From Marivita sp. (lineage in GTDB: Bacteria > Pseudomonadota > Alphaproteobacteria > Rhodobacterales > Rhodobacteraceae), in contig NZ_JBPOFB010000009.1 of NCBI RefSeq assembly GCF_051251565.1, forward strand, positions 40,108 to 104,107: a stretch of DNA of 64,000 nt, in the 5' to 3' direction. Positions 1-10,259 of this stretch are shown here, in pieces. Made by a program: the position numbers and the translations under genes. Numbering within the stretch: the first letter of the stretch is position 1; each line of letters begins with the position of its first letter. A model generated the notes under the pieces. It was not told where the DNA came from and did no database searches. It saw only the letters and a list, made by a program, of their open reading frames with translations.

Positions 1-95
1 ACCAGAACTTCGGCGATACCGGACATGCCAATGCCACCAATGCCGACGAAATGAATGGCCCCGATATCAACGGGCAGTTTGGTGGCGGCGTTCAT
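1..95 (-). CDS. murC: UDP-N-acetylmuramate--L-alanine ligase MurC, first 31 codons only (gene runs off the left edge)
   Basis: Minus-strand translation from the ATG at 95-93 gives [31 protein letters not shown], the MurC N-terminal GxGGxG nucleotide-binding motif. There is an ATGA overlap with the murG stop. dcw context. Confidence 0.85.
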   Translation of the reverse strand, partial: MNAATKLPVDIGAIHFVGIGGIGMSGIAEVL

Positions 96-1210
96 GCGTC
101 TTGTCCTTCCGGGGGCTGAGAGCTGTGACCGGCCAACACCTCGACCAGGTCGGCAAGGTCCTGCGCGGCTTCGGGTTTGGCCTGCGCAAGTGCGGCTTGT
201 GACATTCGCAAAGCAGCGGCTGGGTTTTGCAAAACCAGTGTGAGCTGTTGGGCAAGGCTGTCCACGGTCAGCTTGCTTTCGGGAATGCAGATCGCCGCGC
301 CCGCCTCGACAAGCCCGCGCGCGTTTGCGGTCTGGTGATCGCCAGTGGCGGCGGCGAAAGGCACAAGGATCGACGGGCGGCCAATGACGGAAATGTCTGC
401 CACGCTTGACGCGCCCGAGCGCGAGATCACAAGCTGCGCTTCGGTCATGCGGTTTGGCACATCATTGAAGAACGGCTGCACGTCCGCATTAACCCCCTGT
501 TCGGCATAGTAGCTGGCAACGCGGTCCCCATCTTCGTCACGGGCCTGATGGCTGACTCGCAGGTGTTGCAGCGTTTCCAGCGGCAGCGACGCAATCGCGG
601 GCGGTACCACGTCAGACAGGATGCGCGCGCCTTGCGACCCGCCGATCACCAAGATCGACATCGGGTAATCGCCGGGCGAAATATAAGCAGCCCCGGCACG
701 GTCCTTGATGGCCAATCGCACCGGATTGCCGACATGTATACCGTTCACACCCTCGGGAAGCGTGGTGGGCCATGTGCCGCACGCCACATGATCCACACGT
801 TTGGAGAAGATCGCATTCACGCGCCCCAGAACACCGTTCTGTTCGTGGATCATCCGCGGACGCCGCAACAGCCATGCCGCGCCAAGCGCCGGGATCGACG
901 GGTAGCCACCAAACCCGACCACCGCGTCCGGCCTGTCGCGCAACATCCGCCACGACATTGACAGCACGCCCCCCAACACCCGCACTGGCACCAGTGCCTT
1001 AGTCAAAAGACCGCCGCGCGCGAACGTGGCGCTGGCCACTTGTTCGATCTCGGTGGAATGGGGAAACCCGCCCGTGTAGCGCGCGCCGCGCGCATCGGTG
1101 GACAGTTTGACCCGCCAGCCCCGACGCAGCATGACCTCGGCCAAGGCTTGTGCCGGGAACATATGTCCTCCGGTGCCGCCTGCTGCGATGATCAAGTAAG
1201 GTTTGCGCAT
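92..1210 (-). CDS. murG: Undecaprenyldiphospho-muramoylpentapeptide beta-N-acetylglucosaminyltransferase MurG
   Basis: 372 aa ORF. N-terminus is [21 protein letters not shown], the MurG G-loop. Lies between ftsW and murC as in dcw clusters. Confidence 0.95.
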   Translation of the reverse strand: MRKPYLIIAAGGTGGHMFPAQALAEVMLRRGWRVKLSTDARGARYTGGFPHSTEIEQVASATFARGGLLTKALVPVRVLGGVLSMSWRMLRDRPDAVVGFGGYPSIPALGAAWLLRRPRMIHEQNGVLGRVNAIFSKRVDHVACGTWPTTLPEGVNGIHVGNPVRLAIKDRAGAAYISPGDYPMSILVIGGSQGARILSDVVPPAIASLPLETLQHLRVSHQARDEDGDRVASYYAEQGVNADVQPFFNDVPNRMTEAQLVISRSGASSVADISVIGRPSILVPFAAATGDHQTANARGLVEAGAAICIPESKLTVDSLAQQLTLVLQNPAAALRMSQAALAQAKPEAAQDLADLVEVLAGHSSQPPEGQDA

Positions 1211-1299
1211 GTTTGCCCCGCGTCACGTTTGCTGGACAGAGACCTGCCCACGCGCTGTTTGTCAACAAACGGGCGCGCGAATGACCCAAGATGATGGCT

Positions 1300-2466
1300 C
1301 TATCGCAACCGTCCCCGCAAGATATCGCCGATTTCGCCCTGCGCGCGGGTCCGGGTGAAGGCCAAAAGCATCCCCACGGCAATGCCACCCGCAATCAGCG
1401 ACGATCCACCGTAGCTGACGAACGGCAAGGTCATGCCCTTGGCCGGCAGCAACCGCACCGCGACGCCCATGTTGATCATGGCCTGAACACCAAACATGCA
1501 TGCCAGCCCCGTACCAGCCAACCGGATAAACGGGTCCCGTTCGCGGATCAGGCGCAGCAGCGACCGCACCACGATGGTCGTATACAGCGCAATGATGATC
1601 AGAACGAGCACAAGGCCGTATTCTTCGGCGGCAACCGCGATGATGAAATCGGTATGCGCGTCTGGCAAAGACCATTTCACCTGTCCTTCGCCCACGCCAA
1701 CGCCCAGAAACCCACCTTCGCGGATCGCATTGGTGGCATAGCCAAGCTGCGTCGTGGGATCGACCTCGGGGCTCAGAAAGCCGTCGATACGGCGCGCGAA
1801 ATGTTCAGAGTTCTGGTAGGCGACCGTTCCCGCCAAGACGACCAAACCCGCCATCAGCATAAGCAAAAGCATCGGTGCCCCTGCCACGAAATACATCACA
1901 CCCCAACCGAACAGCACAAGACAGGCCTGTCCGAAATCCGGCTGCAACGCGAGCATCAGCACGATGCTAACCGTGAGCGCAAACGAGATGGTCTTGCCCG
2001 GAGGGCCGCCCAGATCCTGACTGGCTGCCAACAACCACGCCACCACAATCACGAATGTCGGCTTTAGAAATTCGGATGGCTGCAAGGACGCAAAACCCAA
2101 CGAGTACCAGCGCACAGCGCCTTTGCCAAAGTCGGTCCCAAAAAACGGAAGCAGTGCCAGGGCGATAAAAGCCGCAATGAACCCAAGCACGGCCAATCTG
2201 CGCACAACAATCGGGCCAAGCATCGACACAAAGATCATGACGCCCAACGCCATGCCTCCGAACACCGCTTGCCGCTGCACGTAGTGAAATGCTGCGAATC
2301 CGTTGCGCTCGGCCAAGGGCGGCGATGCGGCCAGACCCAACAGTATGCCAATGCCAAACAGGATCAGGATGCAGGACAACGACCATCTGTCGACTGTCTG
2401 CCACCACTTGGGCAACACAGGTTCACCCGCGCGCGTTGGGACCGCGCCATAGACCATCTCTGTCAT
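1300..2466 (-). CDS. ftsW: Peptidoglycan glycosyltransferase / cell division protein FtsW (SEDS family)
   Basis: 388 aa polytopic membrane ORF with SEDS motifs (DFGQA, LPAKGMTLPFVSYGGSS). Directly upstream of murG. Confidence 0.9.
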   Translation of the reverse strand: MTEMVYGAVPTRAGEPVLPKWWQTVDRWSLSCILILFGIGILLGLAASPPLAERNGFAAFHYVQRQAVFGGMALGVMIFVSMLGPIVVRRLAVLGFIAAFIALALLPFFGTDFGKGAVRWYSLGFASLQPSEFLKPTFVIVVAWLLAASQDLGGPPGKTISFALTVSIVLMLALQPDFGQACLVLFGWGVMYFVAGAPMLLLMLMAGLVVLAGTVAYQNSEHFARRIDGFLSPEVDPTTQLGYATNAIREGGFLGVGVGEGQVKWSLPDAHTDFIIAVAAEEYGLVLVLIIIALYTTIVVRSLLRLIRERDPFIRLAGTGLACMFGVQAMINMGVAVRLLPAKGMTLPFVSYGGSSLIAGGIAVGMLLAFTRTRAQGEIGDILRGRLR

Positions 2467-2609
2467 GGTTTCACCGCTACTACTGCCTCAATCGTCCGCG
2501 TTGTCGCGGATCTCTATGGGTATTCTAACCGATATGATTCGTCCGATCCAGAAGAATGAGTCGCCTGTCATGGCTTGCATGCAGCGCGCATCCGTGATGG
2601 GTGCGCAAA

Positions 2610-3791
2610 ATGCAGATAAACACCTTGATCCTCGGGGCCGGAGCGGCCGGACTGATGTGCGCGGCCAATGCCGGGCCCTCGACGCTTGTCATCGACCACG
2701 CGAAGGCACCGGGCGAAAAGATCCGCATTTCGGGCGGCGGGCGCTGCAACTTTACCAACATGCACACCGATCCGGGCCGGTTTCTGGGCGCAAACCCGCA
2801 TTTCCATAAATCCGCACTCAGCCGCTACACCCAATGGGATTTTCTTGACCTCGTGAACCGCCACAAGATCGCGTGGCACGAAAAGACCTTGGGGCAGCTA
2901 TTTTGCGACGACAAGGCCACCCAGATCGTCGAGATGCTACGCACAGAGTTGACCCGCGCGGGCGCACAGCTTTGGCTTCAGACGGCGCTGGCCGACCTGA
3001 CCCATGACGGCACCCGCTTCACCGCACATCTTGAGCGAGAGGGCAAACGCCACACGATCACCGCGCGCAACATCGTGCTGGCCACCGGGGGCAAGTCGAT
3101 CCCCAAGATGGGCGCGACCGGCCTTGCCTATGACATCGCGCGCCAGTTTGGCCATGCCGTCACCGACACCCGCCCTGCCCTTGTGCCGCTGACATTCTCG
3201 GATCAGCGCTTTGCCCCCATATCCGGCGTCGCCACGCCGGTTGTTGCGCAGGCCAATGGCACCGCTTTTGAAGAGGCCCTGCTGTTCACCCATCGCGGTC
3301 TCAGCGGGCCTGCGGTGCTGCAAATCTCAAGCTACTGGAGCGAGGGCGACACGATCAGCGTGAACCTGCTGCCTGCGCATGATCTGGCGGGCACGCTTCG
3401 AACCGCACGCCAGACACATGGCAAACGCAACGTGACCACGGCCCTGGCCGAGGTGCTGCCGGAACGGCTTGTCGATCACCTGTCCACCGATCTGCCACTG
3501 GGCGGAAACGTGGGTGACCTTTCGGACAAACGCATCGACGAGATCACGGACCGCTTGCGCGATTGGACGCTGACCCCCACCGGCAGCGAAGGATACCGCA
3601 CTGCCGAGGTGACGCTGGGCGGGATTTCCACCGACCGGATCGACAGCAAGACCATGATGTCACGCGATGCGCCCGGCCTCTATATGATCGGTGAAGCGGT
3701 GGATGTGACCGGGTGGCTGGGTGGCTATAATTTCCAATGGGCGTGGAGTTCAGGTGTCGCGGCAGGTCAGGCCATTGTTCAGACGACTTGA
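2610..3791 (+). CDS. NAD(P)/FAD-dependent oxidoreductase, HI0933/BaiN (YhiN) family
   Basis: LILGAGAAGLMCA dinucleotide-binding motif followed by RISGGGRCNFTN, characteristic of the HI0933-like flavoproteins. An alternative GTG start lies at 2601. Confidence 0.85.
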   Translation: MQINTLILGAGAAGLMCAANAGPSTLVIDHAKAPGEKIRISGGGRCNFTNMHTDPGRFLGANPHFHKSALSRYTQWDFLDLVNRHKIAWHEKTLGQLFCDDKATQIVEMLRTELTRAGAQLWLQTALADLTHDGTRFTAHLEREGKRHTITARNIVLATGGKSIPKMGATGLAYDIARQFGHAVTDTRPALVPLTFSDQRFAPISGVATPVVAQANGTAFEEALLFTHRGLSGPAVLQISSYWSEGDTISVNLLPAHDLAGTLRTARQTHGKRNVTTALAEVLPERLVDHLSTDLPLGGNVGDLSDKRIDEITDRLRDWTLTPTGSEGYRTAEVTLGGISTDRIDSKTMMSRDAPGLYMIGEAVDVTGWLGGYNFQWAWSSGVAAGQAIVQTT

Positions 3792-3823
3792 ATTTGTCAT
3801 GAACCTGTTACACATCTTTTGGC

Positions 3824-4486
3824 ATGTCAGACGCCTCTGCCCCCGTTCCCAAAGCGCCTCTCGTGCTTTTGCGCGGCCCTCTGCGCGACCTTTTGAACCG
3901 GGTCATGCAGGGGCATGGTGCCCCACGGGCGCAAGAGCGGATCTGGATCGATCCCCGCGCGCTTGGCCGGGTCTATACGCGGAACGCAGCACAAACCCCT
4001 GATTTCAAACGACGCCATTCCGGCATGGTGATCGGTGGCGATTGGGATCGTCAGACCGAACCGGTCGATCAATCGTGGAAAATTGCCGCCTGTCTGTCGC
4101 GGTTCAGGGATGGCGTGTCTTGGAAGGACACCGGCATCTATGACCGCATGGCCCAGATGATTGCGCAGCGCGGACTGTTTGACAGTTGCGCGACACATGC
4201 TGACATTATCGCGCGATACGAACAGATCGACGCGCTTTATTCCGATATTCTTGAAAATGGGTTCCGCGACCAAACCATCCGCGCATTTGGCACCGCGCGG
4301 CTGCCCGAAGGCGTGTTTGTCCATATCGACCGCCACGGCGATCCGATTTTCGGGGCGATCGGCAATCACCGCGTCGGCATTGCCCGCGCGCTTGGCCTGT
4401 CCCGCATCCCGGCGCAATTGGGGGTGATCCATTCAAAGGCCTTGGCGCACGGCGCGCTTGACCGGTTCCGGGGACACATCACATGA
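3824..4486 (+). CDS. Hypothetical protein with a putative ParB/Srx-fold C-terminal region (paralog 1 of a tandem pair)
   Basis: 220 aa ORF. Shares RRHSGMV..DWD, ..ARY.Q.D.Y and IPAQLGVIH blocks with the next ORF. The C-terminal VFVHIDRHGDPIFGAIGNHRVGIARALGLSRIP resembles the ParB/sulfiredoxin (D)GxHR..A....G...IP motif. Confidence 0.7.
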   Translation: MSDASAPVPKAPLVLLRGPLRDLLNRVMQGHGAPRAQERIWIDPRALGRVYTRNAAQTPDFKRRHSGMVIGGDWDRQTEPVDQSWKIAACLSRFRDGVSWKDTGIYDRMAQMIAQRGLFDSCATHADIIARYEQIDALYSDILENGFRDQTIRAFGTARLPEGVFVHIDRHGDPIFGAIGNHRVGIARALGLSRIPAQLGVIHSKALAHGALDRFRGHIT

Positions 4487-5175
4487 CCGATCTGCGAAAA
4501 GCATTGAACCTGGATGCCCCTGTCCGCGCGATAAAGGCGGGTGTGCCCGTCAAGACGCTGCGCAACATCTCAAATCGGCTTCGGTTCGGGGCAGATGCAC
4601 CACAAAGCGACGAACTCATCTGGGTGCGCGCGCGCGACGTCACCGATTGGTACAAACCCGACCCCGCAAACGGGGCACCGCGATTTCGGCGGCGTCATTC
4701 GGGCATGGTGGTTGACAGCGACTGGGACAAGTCCCGCAAACCCTTTGGCAGCCAGATCAAGCTCGATAGCATCCGCGATCATTTTGAACGAAATGTCCCG
4801 TGGCAGAAAACCGATCTGTTCCAATGGATGCTCAAGCAGATCGCCGAAAAGGGCCGGATCGACGGATGCCACACCCGCGAAGACCTGATCGCCCGGTATC
4901 AACAGCTTGACCAGATCTATGCCGAAGCCAAGCAAAGCGGCACCATGCGCCCGCATGGCAGCGTCAACCAGACACGAGGCGAACAGGGCGGCATCCTTGT
5001 TCATATCGCCCGCGATGGCACGCCCCTGCGGGATGGCGGCGGCATGCACCGCTTTGCAATCGCCTATATCCTCGACTTGCCCAAGGTGCCTGCACAGCTT
5101 GGTGTGATCCATGCCGACGCCGTGGCATCGGGCGTGTTACAAACCCTGCGCACTGGCCCTCAGCCCGAACGTTGA
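4483..5175 (+). CDS. Hypothetical protein with a putative ParB/Srx-fold C-terminal region (paralog 2)
   Basis: 230 aa ORF. Its start overlaps the stop of the previous ORF (ATGA at 4483-4486). Contains RRHSGMVVDSDWD, ILVHIARDGTPLRDGGGMHRFAIAYILDLPKVPAQLGVIH. Confidence 0.7.
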   Translation: MTDLRKALNLDAPVRAIKAGVPVKTLRNISNRLRFGADAPQSDELIWVRARDVTDWYKPDPANGAPRFRRRHSGMVVDSDWDKSRKPFGSQIKLDSIRDHFERNVPWQKTDLFQWMLKQIAEKGRIDGCHTREDLIARYQQLDQIYAEAKQSGTMRPHGSVNQTRGEQGGILVHIARDGTPLRDGGGMHRFAIAYILDLPKVPAQLGVIHADAVASGVLQTLRTGPQPER

Positions 5176-6579
5176 TCAGCGTGCAAGAACCGCTGTGACC
5201 TGTGCCGCGAAATCCTCGCCGCGTTTTTCAAAGCTGTCATATTGATCAAAACTCGCGGCAGCAGGGGCCAACAGAACCACGTCCCCCGGTTCGGCCTCGG
5301 ACACCGCCTGCGCAACAGCCACGTCCATTGTCCCGCAGGCCTCGGTGGTCACGCCGGTCAATTGCACCGCAAAGCCATCCGCCTCGCGGCCAATCACATA
5401 AGCCTTGCGCACGTTCTCGAACCCCGGTTTGAGCCCGTCCAGCCCACCATCTTTTTGCAACCCGCCACAGATCCAGCGGATGTTCTTGAACGCCAACAGC
5501 GCCTTGAGCGCGGAATCGACATTTGTAGCCTTGCTGTCATTCACGAAAGTCACACCGTTCCGTTCGGCCACGATCTGACTGCGATGCGGCAAACCCCCGA
5601 AAGTGCCCAACGCTGTTTCGATCTGGCGCGGGGCCAGACCCAGCCCGCGCACCGCCGCATAGGCAGCGCAGGCGTTCTGATGGTTATGCGCTCCCGGCAG
5701 GCCCTTGATGGACCGCAGGTCAATCGATGCCACCTGACGCCCCTTGCGCCATTCCGCCAGAAAGCCCTTTTTGGCAAAGACCGACCAGCCGGGACCGGAC
5801 AGTTTTTGACCCGAAGAGATACGGATCACCCGGTCATCGCCCGCCCCTTCGGCCAGTTGATTGGCAATGTATCGGCCTTCGTTTTCGTCCACACCAATCA
5901 CCGCGCGGTCCGGCCCACCTTCGGCAAAGAGACGACGCTTGGCAGCGAAATACCCACCAAAACCCGCGTGCCGATCAAGGTGATCAGGCGACAGGTTGGT
6001 GAATACCGCCACATCCGGTGTCAGCGCGCGCGCCAGATCGGTCTGGTAACTGGACAGTTCCAGCACCACCACATCGCCATCGCCCGGAGGGTCGATATCC
6101 AAGACGCCGCGCCCGATATTGCCCGCCAACTGGCTGTCCCGGCCCGACACCTCAAGTATGTGATGGATCAGCGCCGATGTGGTGGATTTGCCGTTCGATC
6201 CCGTCACCGCAATCACCCGTGGCGCGGTGTCGAAGTCATCCCATTCGCTGGTTGCCAAGGACCGGAAGAACAGGCCGATATCGTTGTCCACCGGCACGCC
6301 TGCATCCCATGCCTTGGCGATCACCGGATTGGGTGCAGGATAAAGATGCGGAATACCAGGGCTGACGATCAGGCTGGCAACGGCGTCAAACGCGCCGTCA
6401 CGCGACAGGTCGCGGATCTCGAACCCTTCGGCCTCAGCCGCCTCGCGCGCTTTGGGATTGTCGTCCCAGCACAGCGGAACCGCGCCACCTTCGCGCAGCG
6501 CGCGCGCCGCCGACAGGCCAGACCGGCCCAACCCCAACACAGCCACCTGATGGCCTTCAAAGCCCTGAACGGGGATCAT
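5176..6579 (-). CDS. murD: UDP-N-acetylmuramoylalanine--D-glutamate ligase MurD
   Basis: 467 aa ORF with [17 protein letters not shown] Rossmann N-terminus and [10 protein letters not shown] Mur-ligase P-loop. Confidence 0.95.
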   Translation of the reverse strand: MIPVQGFEGHQVAVLGLGRSGLSAARALREGGAVPLCWDDNPKAREAAEAEGFEIRDLSRDGAFDAVASLIVSPGIPHLYPAPNPVIAKAWDAGVPVDNDIGLFFRSLATSEWDDFDTAPRVIAVTGSNGKSTTSALIHHILEVSGRDSQLAGNIGRGVLDIDPPGDGDVVVLELSSYQTDLARALTPDVAVFTNLSPDHLDRHAGFGGYFAAKRRLFAEGGPDRAVIGVDENEGRYIANQLAEGAGDDRVIRISSGQKLSGPGWSVFAKKGFLAEWRKGRQVASIDLRSIKGLPGAHNHQNACAAYAAVRGLGLAPRQIETALGTFGGLPHRSQIVAERNGVTFVNDSKATNVDSALKALLAFKNIRWICGGLQKDGGLDGLKPGFENVRKAYVIGREADGFAVQLTGVTTEACGTMDVAVAQAVSEAEPGDVVLLAPAAASFDQYDSFEKRGEDFAAQVTAVLAR

Positions 6580-6636
6580 CGCGCACCTCTTGTTTTCATA
6601 GACAATCGCTAGCGCATCTGCGCGCGACGCGAAAGG

Positions 6637-7938
6637 TCAGCCGTTGAGCTTGCGCAGACGTGCCGTAACCGACAATCCATGCGCCTCAAGGGATTCAGAC
6701 CGCGCCAGCGTTTCCGCCGCCGGCCCAATGGCGCGCAAGGCGTCGGGCGACATCTTGGCCAGTGTCGTGCGTTTGAGGAAATCCAGCACCGACAGCCCGG
6801 ACGAAAACCGCGCCGAGCGCGCCGTGGGCAATACGTGGTTCGGCCCCCCGACATAATCGCCGATGGCTTCGGGCGTCCATTGCCCAAGGAAAATAGCACC
6901 TGCATGGGTGATCTTGGCCGACAATGCGTCGGGATCATCCACACACAGTTCAAGATGTTCGGGCGCGATCCGGTCACACAGCGCTGCTGCCTCGTCCAGG
7001 TCCCGCACCGTGATTATCGCGCCAAAGTCACGCCAGCTTGCCCCGGCAATCGCCCTGCGCTCCAGCGTTTCCAGCCGCGTCTCCACCGCCTTGGCCACGG
7101 CCTGACCAAAGGCGGCATCCGTGGTGATAAGCAACGATTGCGCGGATTCGTCGTGTTCGGCCTGTGACATCAGATCAAGCGCGATCCAGTCGGGGTCATT
7201 GTCGCCATCCGCAATCACAAGGATCTCGGACGGCCCGGCGATCATGTCGATGCCAACCTTGCCGAACACCCGCCGCTTGGCCGCTGCCACAAATGCATTG
7301 CCCGGTCCGGTGATCTTGTCGACCGGTGCGATGGTGTCGGTGCCGTAGGCCAGTGCTGCAATCGCCTGCGCCCCGCCAATGCGGTACACCTCGTCCACGC
7401 CCGCGATGCGGCAGGCCATGAGAACGAGCGGGTTCATCACCCCGTCCGGCGTGGGCACGGTCACGGCCAACCGCCCGACCCCTGCCACCTTGGCCGGGAC
7501 AGCATTCATCAGGACAGAGGACGGATAGCTGGCCAAGCCGCCGGGCACATACAGCCCCGCGGCTGATACCGGCGTCCAGCGCCATCCAAGCGTGGCCCCG
7601 TGGTCATCGGTCCACATCTCGTCTGACGGCATCTGGCGCATGTGATAAGCGCGGATGCGGTCGGCGGCGGTTTCCAACGCGATGCGCTCGGCCTCCGGCA
7701 CCTTGGCGATCTCGGCGTCAATCTCGGCCTCGGAGACGCGCAACTGGGCGGCGGTCAGGTCAAGCCGGTCAAACCTGGCGGTCAGCTCAAGCACCGCCGC
7801 ATCGCCGCGCGCCCGCACATCGGCGATGATGCCTGCAACGATATGATCCACATCCGGGCTATCCTCGCGCTTGGCGTTAAGAATGGCCGCAAAGCGCGTA
7901 TCGAAGTCGGCATCGGTTGTGGACAGGAACTGTGGCAT
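6637..7938 (-). CDS. hisD: Histidinol dehydrogenase HisD
   Basis: The ORF contains IDMIAGPSEILVIAD and SQAEHD HisD signatures. The start was chosen at MPQFLST (ATG 7938-7936), preceded by GGAGG 5 nt upstream. The ORF-track start at 7995 is probably an upstream extension. Confidence 0.9.
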   Translation of the reverse strand: MPQFLSTTDADFDTRFAAILNAKREDSPDVDHIVAGIIADVRARGDAAVLELTARFDRLDLTAAQLRVSEAEIDAEIAKVPEAERIALETAADRIRAYHMRQMPSDEMWTDDHGATLGWRWTPVSAAGLYVPGGLASYPSSVLMNAVPAKVAGVGRLAVTVPTPDGVMNPLVLMACRIAGVDEVYRIGGAQAIAALAYGTDTIAPVDKITGPGNAFVAAAKRRVFGKVGIDMIAGPSEILVIADGDNDPDWIALDLMSQAEHDESAQSLLITTDAAFGQAVAKAVETRLETLERRAIAGASWRDFGAIITVRDLDEAAALCDRIAPEHLELCVDDPDALSAKITHAGAIFLGQWTPEAIGDYVGGPNHVLPTARSARFSSGLSVLDFLKRTTLAKMSPDALRAIGPAAETLARSESLEAHGLSVTARLRKLNG

Positions 7939-7991
7939 CAAAGCCTCCGGATCAAGTGTTGCCGGGTACTTAGACCGCGCAGCACGAACCC

Positions 7992-8510
7992 TCAAGCGCC
8001 GCGGGTCAGGTTGGCCCCATCCAGCGCCTTGATCATCAGGAAATCGTCGCGCCCCGCCCCATCAATCAGCACCGATCTGGGCCTGCGCCCAAACACATGA
8101 AATCCCAGCGCATGATAAAGCTTTTGTGCGCCTGTGTTGTCGACATCGACCACCAGTTCGGCCTGCTGCACGCCGGCGTCTGTCAAGTGCTGCAAAACGG
8201 CGCCCATCAGCGCGCGGCCATAGCCCTGCCCTTGGGCATCATGGCGCACGTATAGCGGACCAATGTCCGCCATGTGCCGCATCCGTTGCGGGGCACCGCG
8301 CCGGGCGGACACAAATCCAACGAGCCGTTTGGCATTGTCATACGCGCCAAGCGTCAGATTAACCTCCAGACCGCGCTCTACATCCTTGTTGGGGATTGCG
8401 CGGACCTCTTCGGCGCCAAACAGAAACGCGGAGGGAACGCGCATCAAGCCGTCGGCCCACAGCGCCCGGAACGCGGACAGGTCTTTGGGCGTCAGCCGCC
8501 GGATGATCAT
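7992..8510 (-). CDS. GNAT family N-acetyltransferase
   Basis: 172 aa ORF with the acetyl-CoA motif A region LYVRHDAQGQGYGRALM. Confidence 0.8.
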   Translation of the reverse strand: MIIRRLTPKDLSAFRALWADGLMRVPSAFLFGAEEVRAIPNKDVERGLEVNLTLGAYDNAKRLVGFVSARRGAPQRMRHMADIGPLYVRHDAQGQGYGRALMGAVLQHLTDAGVQQAELVVDVDNTGAQKLYHALGFHVFGRRPRSVLIDGAGRDDFLMIKALDGANLTRGA

Positions 8511-8986
8511 TCCGGGTGATCCGGCACCTTGCCCGACACAGCCGCATAAGGCTTGGTCACATCGCGCAGCGCCACTTCGAGTTCCGACACCTGCAACCGG
8601 ACCGCGCCGTCGCCTGCCAGCGTCAGAAGCACCGCGCCGCCATCGGCGTCCCCCTCTTCAAAGGTGACAGACAGCACCGACAAGATTGTGTCCGCATCTC
8701 CGGGTGTCACACCTTGGCTGGCAACCCGTAGCACGTTTTCAACCGCGAGCACGCATTGCACCCGCTCTGGTTTGCGCCCGCCCTGTTCAGCGACGGGAAT
8801 ATCTTCCCAGCGGAACCGATTAAGCAGGATACCAAACCGCTGCTTGCCCCGCTGCCATTGCATTTCGCTGGCCGGGAACACCGCGTCCTGACACAGCGCC
8901 GACAACACCTGTAGGTCATCGCTGTCTACAGCGATCAGACGAAGCGGCTTGGCCGCACCGTCTTCGAATGTGGCGTCCACGCTCAC
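8507..8986 (-). CDS. DUF2948-like conserved hypothetical protein
   Basis: 159 aa acidic ORF. It overlaps murA and the GNAT gene by 4 nt at each end. From memory, a protein of this size and style sits between murA and hisD in many alphaproteobacteria. Confidence 0.6.
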   Translation of the reverse strand: MSVDATFEDGAAKPLRLIAVDSDDLQVLSALCQDAVFPASEMQWQRGKQRFGILLNRFRWEDIPVAEQGGRKPERVQCVLAVENVLRVASQGVTPGDADTILSVLSVTFEEGDADGGAVLLTLAGDGAVRLQVSELEVALRDVTKPYAAVSGKVPDHPE

Positions 8987-10254
8987 TGTTCTTTCACCCG
9001 TTCGATCTTGGCGCCCACGCTCGACAGCTTGCGCACAACGTGTTCATAGCCACGATCCAGGTGGTAGACGCGGCTGACAATGGTTTCGCCCTCGGCTGCA
9101 AGCCCCGCAAGGATCAACGACACCGACGCCCGCAGGTCCGTCGCCATCACCGGCGCGCCCCTAAGGCGATCGACACCTGTGACCGTCGCGGTCCCGCCGT
9201 GCACGTCGATCTTGGCCCCCATGCGGATCAGCTCAGGCGCGTGCATAAAGCGGTTCTCGAAGATTTTTTCCTCAAGAACACTGGTCCCCCCGGCGGTGCA
9301 CAAAAGCGCCATCATCTGCGCCTGCAAATCGGTCGGAAAGCCGGGAAACGGTTCAGTCGTGACATCCACCGCCGACACGCGCCCATTCTTGCGCGCGACC
9401 TTGAGGCCAGTTGGCGTTTCCTCCACCGAGATTCCCGCCGCATCCAGCTTTTCACAAAACGCCGCAAGCAGTTCTATCTTGCCACCAAGACATTCCACCT
9501 CTCCGCCGCAGATCGCGGGGGCCAGCATATAGGTGCCCAGTTCGATCCGGTCGGTGACCACGCGGTGTGTGGCCCCGCCCAAACGGTCCACACCCTGAAT
9601 GGTGATCTCTGACGTGCCTTCGCCCTCGATCTGTGCGCCCATTTTTTGCAAACAGCGGGCAAGGTCGACAATCTCGGGTTCGCGCGCAGCGTTCTTGAGA
9701 ACGGTTGTGCCCTTGGCCAAGGTCGCCGCCATCAGCGCGTTTTCGGTTGCTCCCACCGACACAAACGGAAAATCCACGATCCCGCCTTTCAGGCCGCCCG
9801 CAGGGGCCTTGGCGTGCACATACCCGTCCCGCAGGTTCAGCTCTGCGCCCATCGCCTCGAACGCCTTGAGGTGCAAATCCACCGGGCGCGCGCCAATCGC
9901 GCAGCCACCGGGCAGCGACACCTCGGCATGCCCGAACCGCGCAAGAAGCGGCCCCAGCACAAGGATCGACGCACGCATCTTGCGCACAATGTCATAATCC
10001 GCCCGCGTCGAGGTCAGATCATGGCTCGACATCGTCAAAACCTGCCCGTCCTGCAACGACTGCACTTCGGCACCGAGGGACTGCAACAGCGTGGTCATGG
10101 TGCGAATGTCGCTTAACCGTGGTGCATTGGTGAGCGTCAGTGGCTCTTCGCTCAGCAAAGTGGCTGGCATGAGTGTCAGGCAGGCGTTCTTTGCGCCCGC
10201 AATCGGAATTTGGCCGCTCAGCGGGCCGTTCCCCGTTACGATAATCTGGTCCAT
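8983..10254 (-). CDS. murA: UDP-N-acetylglucosamine 1-carboxyvinyltransferase MurA
   Basis: 423 aa ORF beginning [24 protein letters not shown]. Contains the active-site region [15 protein letters not shown]. Confidence 0.95.
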   Translation of the reverse strand: MDQIIVTGNGPLSGQIPIAGAKNACLTLMPATLLSEEPLTLTNAPRLSDIRTMTTLLQSLGAEVQSLQDGQVLTMSSHDLTSTRADYDIVRKMRASILVLGPLLARFGHAEVSLPGGCAIGARPVDLHLKAFEAMGAELNLRDGYVHAKAPAGGLKGGIVDFPFVSVGATENALMAATLAKGTTVLKNAAREPEIVDLARCLQKMGAQIEGEGTSEITIQGVDRLGGATHRVVTDRIELGTYMLAPAICGGEVECLGGKIELLAAFCEKLDAAGISVEETPTGLKVARKNGRVSAVDVTTEPFPGFPTDLQAQMMALLCTAGGTSVLEEKIFENRFMHAPELIRMGAKIDVHGGTATVTGVDRLRGAPVMATDLRASVSLILAGLAAEGETIVSRVYHLDRGYEHVVRKLSSVGAKIERVKEQ

Positions 10255-10259
10255 TGGTG

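Noticed and set aside
5242-6612. Long plus-strand ORF (456 aa) antisense to murD. Similar long antisense ORFs occur at 11819-13069 (vs ptsP), 18916-20046 (vs GT4), 31406-32617 (vs topA), 38070-39215 and 38881-40032 (vs ctaE/SURF1/thrC), 40962-42410 (vs thrC and the M16 peptidase) and 55741-56595 (vs the TPR gene).
   Set aside because: Their translations are Arg/Pro/Gly/His-rich low-complexity sequences with no recognisable motifs. Each one mirrors a strongly supported gene on the other strand. This is the expected stop-codon-poor antisense frame of high-GC DNA.
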